Source: Bacteroidia bacterium (GTDB taxonomy: Bacteria; Bacteroidota; Bacteroidia; UKL13-3). Taken from it: a stretch of DNA of 64,000 bases. The position numbers and the translations under genes are program-made. Where the stretch lies: NCBI GenBank assembly GCA_051861545.1, contig JBIMKP010000001.1, forward strand, positions 96,820 through 160,819. The letters are read 5' to 3'. Position 1 is the stretch's first letter. Each line of letters begins with the position of its first letter. Of the stretch, positions 56,986-64,000 are shown one piece after another. The notes under the pieces are model-generated. The model was not told where the DNA came from. It was given only the letters and a program-made list of their open reading frames with translations, and ran no database searches.

Positions 56986-58005
56986 TTAATTCCAAATTTT
57001 TGTTCCTTCAGAACAATTTGTACAGATATCTATTTCTTTTCTTGATTTAAGAATAGCTTTCCTAAAACCTTCATAAGATTGGTTTGTCCAAACTTGTTTA
57101 AACGTTTCTTTGCTTAAATCACCAAAACGATGTGTAGCATCTTTATCAAAACAACAAGGAACAACTAAACCATCCCAAGTAATTACTGAACCTTTCCAAA
57201 GTCGCCAACATTGGTTTAGTAACTTATTTTTTATTTGGTAACCTTCTTCAGTTTTCACATACCTACTAAACTCTAAATTTTCAGGAATAAACTCATCCGA
57301 ACTTTTATAGTCGTAAATCTGTGCTGTTTTAATTCCTAATTCATCAACTCCAATCTCCTTCGCCATTCTTTTTACCTCTGGTAATTGGTCTTCATTGTGT
57401 TTAAATACAATAAATTGCCAAATGATATGAGGTGTAGCAGAATTCATTTTCTTTTTCCATTTAACAAGGTTTTTAGTTCCCTCTAGCACCTTTTCTAAAT
57501 CACCACCAACTCTATATTTTGAATACGATTCTTGAGTAATACCATCAATAGAAACAATCAGGCGGTCTAAACCTGATTCAATGGTAGCTTTAGCCATATC
57601 ATCAGTAAAATAATGGGCATTGCTTGAGGTTGATGTATAAATGTTTTTATCGGAAGCGTATTTGACAAACTCAAGAAACTTCTTGTTCAAAAATGGCTCA
57701 CCCTGAAAAAATAAAACTAACCAAACCAATTCATGTTGGACCTCATCAATAATCTTTTTGAATAAGTTTAAATCAAGCATTCCTGTATTTCTGGTGAATT
57801 CACGCAAACCACTTGGGCACTGCGGACATCTTAAATTACAACTGGTGGTAGGTTCAATTTCCAAAGTAAACGGCATTCCCCAGTGATAATGACGTTTTGT
57901 AATTCTCGACAACTGATAACTAGCAAATAAGCGCACAAAATTTGAAATTCTGCGTGTACTTAACTTTGAAAGTAAATTTATTCCATCCTTAAAACTTTTG
58001 TTCAT
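56986..58005 (-). CDS. Radical SAM / SPASM-domain protein
   Basis: CNLRCPQCPSG matches the CxxxCxxC radical-SAM cluster motif. The C-terminal Cys cluster is CWRLW...PCCFDKDATHRFGD...CTNCSEG (SPASM/twitch-like auxiliary cluster). Monocistronic. No adjacent small peptide ORF noticed. Confidence 0.7.
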   Translation of the reverse strand: MNKSFKDGINLLSKLSTRRISNFVRLFASYQLSRITKRHYHWGMPFTLEIEPTTSCNLRCPQCPSGLREFTRNTGMLDLNLFKKIIDEVQHELVWLVLFFQGEPFLNKKFLEFVKYASDKNIYTSTSSNAHYFTDDMAKATIESGLDRLIVSIDGITQESYSKYRVGGDLEKVLEGTKNLVKWKKKMNSATPHIIWQFIVFKHNEDQLPEVKRMAKEIGVDELGIKTAQIYDYKSSDEFIPENLEFSRYVKTEEGYQIKNKLLNQCWRLWKGSVITWDGLVVPCCFDKDATHRFGDLSKETFKQVWTNQSYEGFRKAILKSRKEIDICTNCSEGTKIWN

Positions 58006-58099
58006 TTGACTCTATCCTTCTGCAATTATAGGCCTAAACACTAAGAATGTATTATTGGAGATTGTCAAACATGTATTAAATTGAATAAGCGGTATGATT

Positions 58100-59467
58100 T
58101 TAACCAAATAACAGATTTAACAATTCTTCAATTTTTGAAATTTGAACAATATTGATACCCGAACTTGTTTGAGGCAATTTGTTGAATTTTGATAAATAAA
58201 TAGTTTTGAATCCCAATTTCTCAGCTTCCGAAATTCTTTGTTCTATGCGTGTTACAGCTCTAATTTCACCACTTAATCCCAATTCACCTACAAAACAAAT
58301 TTCATTATCAACTGGCATGCTCTCGTAACTCGAAACAATAGAAGCAATAATTCCTAAATCTATACCCGGATCTTCAACTCTTAATCCACCTGCAATATTC
58401 ACAAATACATCCTGCATACCCATTCTGAGTCCACACTTCTTTTCTAAAACAGCCAATAGCATATTTAGTCGCTTGCTATCATATCCATTTGAATTACGTT
58501 GTGGAGTGCCGTAAACAGCCTGACTTACAAGGGCTTGAGTTTCAATTAAAAGCGGGCGCATTCCTTCCAAAGAAGCTGAAATTGAAATACCACTTAAAGC
58601 TTCATCACGTTGCGAAATCAATACCTCAGATGGATTACTAACTTCTCTTAGACCGCCAGCCTGCATTTCATAAATACCAATTTCATTAGTTGAACCAAAG
58701 CGATTTTTGGTGCTTCTCAGAATTCTATAAACGTGATGTCTATCGCCTTCAAACTGTAGAACCGTATCAACCATGTGCTCCAGTAATTTAGGTCCGGCTA
58801 GGGTTCCATCTTTTGTAATATGACCAATTAAAAATACAGGTGTTCCGCTTTCCTTTGCATATCGAATGAGGTCGCCAGCAGTTTCTTTAACCTGTGAAAT
58901 ACTGCCAGGAGTTGAATCTATTAAATCACTTTGAAGTGTTTGAATAGAATCGATAATTACCAAATCAGGTTCAAGTTGTTGTAAAGCTTTTCCTATTTTC
59001 TGGGTTGATGTTTCTGTAAAAAGGTAACAATCTTCATTTTGAAAAGCAATACGTTCAGCACGCATTTTAATCTGACGTTCACTTTCTTCCCCAGAAATAT
59101 ATAAAACCTTTCTTCCTTTAAACCTAAGCGCTAATTGAAGCATGAGAGTAGATTTCCCAATACCAGGTTCGCCACCAACTAAAATTACAGACCCTGGAAC
59201 CAAACCACCACCTAAAACACGAGAAAGTTCTGTATCATCAATAGGAAATCTTTCTTCATTACCCTTTTCAATTTCATTTAAAAGTAAAGGTTGTAAACTC
59301 CTTTTTACCTTTTCAGATTTCCAAGTACTTTTATAATCTGGTTTATCTTTATGAACTACTTCTTCAACATAAGTATTCCATTCACCACAAGCAGGACATT
59401 TTCCGACCCATTTTGCAGAGGAAGCTCCGCAACTTTTACAAAAGAAAGTAGTTGATGTTTTTGCCAT
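58100..59467 (-). CDS. radA: DNA repair protein RadA/Sms
   Basis: N-terminal C4 zinc finger CKSCGASSAKWVGKCPACGEWNT. Walker A GGEPGIGKST. KNRFG motif. C-terminal Lon-protease-like domain. Confidence 0.9.
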   Translation of the reverse strand: MAKTSTTFFCKSCGASSAKWVGKCPACGEWNTYVEEVVHKDKPDYKSTWKSEKVKRSLQPLLLNEIEKGNEERFPIDDTELSRVLGGGLVPGSVILVGGEPGIGKSTLMLQLALRFKGRKVLYISGEESERQIKMRAERIAFQNEDCYLFTETSTQKIGKALQQLEPDLVIIDSIQTLQSDLIDSTPGSISQVKETAGDLIRYAKESGTPVFLIGHITKDGTLAGPKLLEHMVDTVLQFEGDRHHVYRILRSTKNRFGSTNEIGIYEMQAGGLREVSNPSEVLISQRDEALSGISISASLEGMRPLLIETQALVSQAVYGTPQRNSNGYDSKRLNMLLAVLEKKCGLRMGMQDVFVNIAGGLRVEDPGIDLGIIASIVSSYESMPVDNEICFVGELGLSGEIRAVTRIEQRISEAEKLGFKTIYLSKFNKLPQTSSGINIVQISKIEELLNLLFG

Positions 59468-59506
59468 GAAAAGCGAAAATACAATGAAATTTTCGGATGT
59501 TATTCT

Positions 59507-59965
59507 TTAAAAATGCAGTAAAGCAGGCAAATCAAAATTAAACAATACTTTTAACCCATAAAGTAGTAGGGTCCAGAAAATTAGAGAAACAAACATAAAA
59601 AGTTTTATTCTCCATTTATTGGGTTCAATAGTTGTGGCAATTATACTTCCAACAGGCATTGTAAGAATTAAAGGAGTTAAGAATGCAACTCCGTACAACT
59701 CATACTCTTTGATGATTTTTACAATAATTCTTTTGGTTTTACTAAATTTAACTGGCTTGTTCTTTTTGGGTACAAACTTTCTGAAAACATGAACAATTAA
59801 ATCCCATAAATAAAGATAAATAACAACTCCAACCATGCCACCACCTACGGTACCAATTAGAACTTCAAGTATATTAAAACCAGAGGCCAATGCTAAACCA
59901 AAACCAATGATAAACTTAACGGTACTCCAAGCCATTACAAGCAAAATCTTCCAGAAAATTTCCAT
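59507..59965 (-). CDS. Small hypothetical polytopic membrane protein
   Basis: 152 aa, 4 hydrophobic segments, basic loop KFVPKKNKPVKFSKTKR. Start 3 nt after the murQ stop. Confidence 0.45.
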   Translation of the reverse strand: MEIFWKILLVMAWSTVKFIIGFGLALASGFNILEVLIGTVGGGMVGVVIYLYLWDLIVHVFRKFVPKKNKPVKFSKTKRIIVKIIKEYELYGVAFLTPLILTMPVGSIIATTIEPNKWRIKLFMFVSLIFWTLLLYGLKVLFNFDLPALLHF

Positions 59966-59967
59966 GC

Positions 59968-60957
59968 TTATTTAGCTTTTGCTGATTGTTTTTTCGAAAC
60001 TTTTTTAACTTTTACTTTTTTAGGAGTTTGCACTTTTTCATTTTCAGATTTTATCTTATCCGTCTTTATTTTTAATGATTTAGGCTTTTTTGCTGCCGAT
60101 TTTTTTGATTTTTTGACAGCCAATCTTCCTGGAGGTTCTTCAAAATAAGCTTTAATAGCCTGACGAACATTTCCATATTTCATCAATAACTCTTTAGCTT
60201 TTGAAAAAGAAACTTTAAGTTCATCCATAATCATGCGTGCACCTCTTTCTTCTAATTTGTGGTTACTAAGCTGCATGTCAACCATTTTATTGCCCTTAAC
60301 CCTGCCAAGTTTAATCATGATACTTGTACTAATCATATTTAAACAAAGCTTCTGAGCAGTTCCGGCTTTCATGCGTGTACTACCTGTAACAAATTCCGGA
60401 CCAACAATGATTTCAATCGGAAATTTTGCAAGTGAAGCAATTATACTTCCTTTATTACAAACTATACATCCGGTATCCACACCATTTTTGTTAGCTGTAT
60501 CTAAAGCAGCAGCAACATAAGGCGTGCTTCCACTAGCAGCAATCCCAATTAGAAAATCTTTTTTAGATATTTTGTATGATTTTAAATCCTTCCAGCCTTG
60601 AGTTTTTGAATCTTCGGCAAATTCAACAGCCTTTCTAATGGCAGCATCTCCACCTGCAATTAAACCAATAACCAAACCCTGTGGCACACCAAAAGTTGGT
60701 GGACATTCACTAGCATCAACAATGCCTAAACGACCACTAGTACCTGCTCCAATGTAAAATAATCGACCACCATTTTTCAGCTTCTCAGTAGCAGCATCAA
60801 TCAACTTCTCAATAGATGGAATTGACTTTGACAAGGACAAAGCAACAGATTGGTCCTCATTATTGATGTTTTTTAACAAATTTCGCGTACTCATCTTTTC
60901 CAAATTATTATAGTTTGAAGATGATTCTGTTGTGCTTGTTGATTTAGTTTTATTCAT
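59968..60957 (-). CDS. murQ: N-acetylmuramic acid 6-phosphate etherase with Lys-rich C-terminal tail
   Basis: SIS domain with GAGTSGRLG. The core of ~270 aa fits MurQ. An extra ~55-aa tail PGRLAVKKSKKSAAKKPKSLKIKTDKIKSENEKVQTPKKVKVKKVSKKQSAKAK follows. The N-terminus may start at the internal MSTRN. Confidence 0.8.
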   Translation of the reverse strand: MNKTKSTSTTESSSNYNNLEKMSTRNLLKNINNEDQSVALSLSKSIPSIEKLIDAATEKLKNGGRLFYIGAGTSGRLGIVDASECPPTFGVPQGLVIGLIAGGDAAIRKAVEFAEDSKTQGWKDLKSYKISKKDFLIGIAASGSTPYVAAALDTANKNGVDTGCIVCNKGSIIASLAKFPIEIIVGPEFVTGSTRMKAGTAQKLCLNMISTSIMIKLGRVKGNKMVDMQLSNHKLEERGARMIMDELKVSFSKAKELLMKYGNVRQAIKAYFEEPPGRLAVKKSKKSAAKKPKSLKIKTDKIKSENEKVQTPKKVKVKKVSKKQSAKAK

Positions 60958-61011
60958 GATTATATAGAAAGAAACATGAGTAGATTATATTTGTGAACTC
61001 ACTTCAAAAAT

Positions 61012-62610
61012 ATGTCAAATCAAATCAATAAATGGCAACCCCTTATCTACGCATTGTTATTATCTTTAGGTATTACACTTGGAATGATATTAAAACCCGC
61101 TGGGAACATCATTTCTATTGGAGGAAATGAGGGAAAAATTAACGAATTGTTAAAGATTATTGAACAATCATATGTTGATTCGGTAGATGTAACTGACTTA
61201 GAAAAAGAAACCATTAACGGCTTATTGAGCAAATTAGACCCACATTCGGTTTATATTCCAGTTGAAGATTTAAAACAAGCCAATGAACAATTAGATGGAA
61301 ACTTTGAAGGAATTGGAGTTGAATTTAATATTTTTAATGATACAATAATGGTTGTTGCTGCTTTAAATGGCGGTCCAGCTCAGGAATTAGGTATTCAATC
61401 CGGAGATAGAATTATTAAAGTTGATTCAAGCAATGTTGCTGGAAATGGAATTACCTCTGAAAAGGTATTTAAACTGTTAAGAGGAAAAGGTGGTTCAAAG
61501 GTAAATGTTATGATTTACCGCCCTTCAGCCAAACAAAAAATTCCTTATGAAATTACAAGAGGAACCATTCCAATTTATAGTGTAGACGCAAGTTACATGG
61601 TTGATGAAATAACAGGATACATCAAAATCAGCAGGTTTGCAGAAAAAACACATGATGAATTTTTAAGTGCTTTTAATGATTTGAAAAAATCGGGATTAAA
61701 AAACCTAATTCTTGATTTAAGAGGAAATCCAGGTGGTTATTTAACCACTGCTACAAAATTGGTTGATGAATTTTTGGGAGATAAAAAATTAATGGTTTTT
61801 ACTAAAGGATTAAACAAAGCAAAATCTGAATATTTTACAGAAACTAGAGGTGTTTTTGAAGAAGGAAAATTAGCTATTTTAATTGACGAAGGCTCCGCAT
61901 CTGCAAGTGAAATTCTTAGTGGAGCCATACAAGATTGGGACCGTGGTATTATTGTTGGAAGAAGAAGTTTTGGTAAAGGATTGGTTCAAGAACCATTTGA
62001 ATTAAAAGATGGCTCTGCAGTAAGACTAACAGTTGCAAGATATTATACTCCTAGCGAAAGATGTATCCAGAAATCGTATACCAGTGCCGAAGATTATGAA
62101 CACGATTTATTAACTAGATACGAAAACGGTGAATTAGAAGACCAAAAGAAAGAAGCTATTTTTGATTCAACTCCTTACTTCACCAAATTAAAAGGAAGAA
62201 TAGTTTATGGTGGTGGTGGTATTTATCCTGATGTATTTGTACCTCTTGATACGAGCTTTAGTAGCAGATTTTTAACTGAAGTCGTATCTAATGCATTAAT
62301 TGGAAAATTTGCTTATGATTACTTAGACAGAAATAGAACCTCTATTACTGGAATTAAAGAACTTGAGGCATACGCAAAAGCCTATCAGTTGAGCAATGAA
62401 GCTTATAAAGAGTTTGTGAAGTTCGCGGTATCGCAAGGCTGTAAAGCACCTGATGCAAACGATAGCAAGAAGTCTGAGGCCTTTATCAAACTTCAAATTA
62501 AAGCATTAATGGCTCGCCAAATCTGGAGAGATAAGGGTTATTATTTAGTGATTCAACAAAATGATAAAGGGCTAAAAGCAGCTATTGAAGCAATAGAGAA
62601 ACCTGAATAA
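61012..62610 (+). CDS. S41-family carboxyl-terminal processing peptidase
   Basis: PDZ region (GIQSGDRIIKVD), catalytic-core signature LDLRGNPGGYL and GSASASEIL (Ser nucleophile region). 532 aa. Confidence 0.85.
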   Translation: MSNQINKWQPLIYALLLSLGITLGMILKPAGNIISIGGNEGKINELLKIIEQSYVDSVDVTDLEKETINGLLSKLDPHSVYIPVEDLKQANEQLDGNFEGIGVEFNIFNDTIMVVAALNGGPAQELGIQSGDRIIKVDSSNVAGNGITSEKVFKLLRGKGGSKVNVMIYRPSAKQKIPYEITRGTIPIYSVDASYMVDEITGYIKISRFAEKTHDEFLSAFNDLKKSGLKNLILDLRGNPGGYLTTATKLVDEFLGDKKLMVFTKGLNKAKSEYFTETRGVFEEGKLAILIDEGSASASEILSGAIQDWDRGIIVGRRSFGKGLVQEPFELKDGSAVRLTVARYYTPSERCIQKSYTSAEDYEHDLLTRYENGELEDQKKEAIFDSTPYFTKLKGRIVYGGGGIYPDVFVPLDTSFSSRFLTEVVSNALIGKFAYDYLDRNRTSITGIKELEAYAKAYQLSNEAYKEFVKFAVSQGCKAPDANDSKKSEAFIKLQIKALMARQIWRDKGYYLVIQQNDKGLKAAIEAIEKPE

Positions 62611-62611
62611 T

Positions 62612-63286
62612 TTATTCAGGCTTAATTGATAAACGCAAATCTGCTGGTAAAAGAAAACTTACATATTTTATCGTTCTTCCCTTTGAATGAAATAGTTTTT
62701 CGTAATGTGTTCTGATTTCTTTTACGTATTTATCTACTTTTTCAGATTCATAAACATTGTATTCCAATTGAAGAATGGGCACATTCATTTTTTGAAAAGT
62801 ATCAATGGTATAATCAAACAAAGCATCATCATCAGTTTTGAAATGTAACACTCCGTTTGGCTTTAAAACCTCTCTGTATAGTTCAAGGAAGTTTCTAAAA
62901 GTAAGTCTATGCTTTTCATGCCTATCTTTTGGAAAAGGATCAGGAAATGTTATCCATATTTCATCTACCTCTCCTACTGCAAAGATTTCGGGTAATTTCT
63001 GAACAATCATTCTTACAAAACCAACATTGGTCCTACCTAGTTCTTGTGCTAAAGCAGATCCCTTCCACATGCGGTTACTTTTCAGGTCTATACCAATAAA
63101 ATTTTTATCGGGGAATTCACCAGATAATTCAACAGTATATTCACCTTTACCACAGCCTAATTCTAGTACAATTGGATTTTGGTTTTTGAAAACTTGTGAT
63201 TTCCATTTTCCTCTTAATTCAAATGGGAAATCGAAACAATTTGGAAACGTTTTAAATTCAGCGAAGCGTCGAAGTTTATCTTTCAA
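62612..63286 (-). CDS. trmB: tRNA (guanine46-N7)-methyltransferase
   Basis: VLELGCGKGEYTVELS (SAM motif I) and the ...WITFPDPFPKDRHEKHRL block are characteristic of TrmB. Confidence 0.85.
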   Translation of the reverse strand: MKDKLRRFAEFKTFPNCFDFPFELRGKWKSQVFKNQNPIVLELGCGKGEYTVELSGEFPDKNFIGIDLKSNRMWKGSALAQELGRTNVGFVRMIVQKLPEIFAVGEVDEIWITFPDPFPKDRHEKHRLTFRNFLELYREVLKPNGVLHFKTDDDALFDYTIDTFQKMNVPILQLEYNVYESEKVDKYVKEIRTHYEKLFHSKGRTIKYVSFLLPADLRLSIKPE

Positions 63287-63300
63287 GGAAATAGAAGGTT

Positions 63301-63984
63301 TTATGGATTAGTACTAACTGTTTTATTTTTATACCCAACTGCATTAGGATTCAAAAGTAATTGAAGCATTGGACCAGCCATAATTGAAGTTAAAACAGCC
63401 ATAATTACAATTGCAACAAACAAAGGTTCGCTAATTAATTTAGCTTGAAGGGCTAAAGTTGCTAGAATAATTTCCATAGCACCACGAGCATTCATGCCAA
63501 AGCCAACAGCCAAAGCCTCCTTTTTGCTTAATCCTCCCCATAAAGCGCCTAAACCAGCTCCTAATAGTTTGCAAATTACTGCCAAAAAGAAAACCAAAGC
63601 TACTATTTGAAAATTAAAATTGGCTATAAAATTTACTTTAAATCCAACAGAAATAAAGAACAATGGTGCAAAAATATTGGTTACAAACTGATGAACTATA
63701 TCTCTAGTTTTTTCAGTAACATGAACAGAATCACCAATGGCAATCCCCATAATAAAAGCACCAAAAATAGCGTGAATTCCAGCATACTCAGTAAAAGCAG
63801 CTCCCAAGAATGCAAGTCCTAAAGAGATTGATAAGAAGCCACCTGGCCAAGTAAAATTCTTTTGGGCCCAAGGCAATGATTTATTGATTAAAAATCTACC
63901 AACAGTTAACATTCCAACTGCATAAAGTAGCGTTAAACCTAAGGTATAAACGAAGTCAATTCCTTGAGCAGATTTATTCATCAT
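63301..63984 (-). CDS. Cation:proton antiporter family membrane protein (C-terminal part; probably continues upstream beyond the window end)
   Basis: About 6 TM helices with GFGMNARGAMEIILATLAL and LGAGLGALWGGLS, typical of CPA-type Na+(K+)/H+ exchangers. There is no in-frame stop between 63984 and 64000, so the true start may lie outside. Confidence 0.5.
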   Translation of the reverse strand: MMNKSAQGIDFVYTLGLTLLYAVGMLTVGRFLINKSLPWAQKNFTWPGGFLSISLGLAFLGAAFTEYAGIHAIFGAFIMGIAIGDSVHVTEKTRDIVHQFVTNIFAPLFFISVGFKVNFIANFNFQIVALVFFLAVICKLLGAGLGALWGGLSKKEALAVGFGMNARGAMEIILATLALQAKLISEPLFVAIVIMAVLTSIMAGPMLQLLLNPNAVGYKNKTVSTNP

Positions 63985-64000
63985 ACCTAGAATTACCGAA

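Noticed and set aside
1-64000. CRISPR arrays, restriction-modification systems, toxin-antitoxin pairs or other defence systems
   Set aside because: No short direct repeats with unique spacers were seen. None of the ORFs carries nuclease, methylase (DNA), helicase, or TA motifs that I could recognise. The methyltransferases present have small-molecule or sugar-type folds in a glycan context.

Overview
This window looks like an AT-rich Bacteroidetes chromosome segment of the Flavobacteriia/Cytophagia type (roughly one-third GC by eye), judging by gene content and type IX secretion system (T9SS) signatures. Conserved housekeeping genes are present: tdk (partial), thiL, sucD, cysS, pth, rplY/ctc, prs, tRNA-Gln, fumC, radA, murQ, an S41 protease and trmB. 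They are interleaved with a strongly accessory, cell-surface-oriented set of genes.

Six very large secreted proteins carry the T9SS type-B 'gliding motility-associated' C-terminal domain (CTD), with endings such as NVFTPNGDG...YNRWG...LIR. Four of them sit as consecutive genes at 35940-51053 and share LamG/CBM-like lectin domains plus long arrays of a roughly 76-aa two-cysteine repeat. The other two lie elsewhere on opposite strands (6467-12610 and 14228-17035).

An ECF sigma factor is translationally coupled to an anti-sigma-like membrane protein whose extracytoplasmic end is itself a type-B-CTD-like domain. This pair sits directly upstream of a 2061-aa adhesin.

A polysaccharide/glycan-modification locus lies next to the adhesin block. 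It has a Wzx-like flippase, a deacetylase-like gene, a GT2, a GT-A-like gene and three to four methyltransferases.

Other T9SS-linked genes are also present: a PorQ/PorV-family barrel, a glutaminyl-cyclase-like lipoprotein, DUF1573, and one type-A-CTD cargo.

No CRISPR array, integrase or transposase was seen. Many track ORFs nested antisense inside the big genes are spurious. Several track starts use GTG/TTG and are probably too long.
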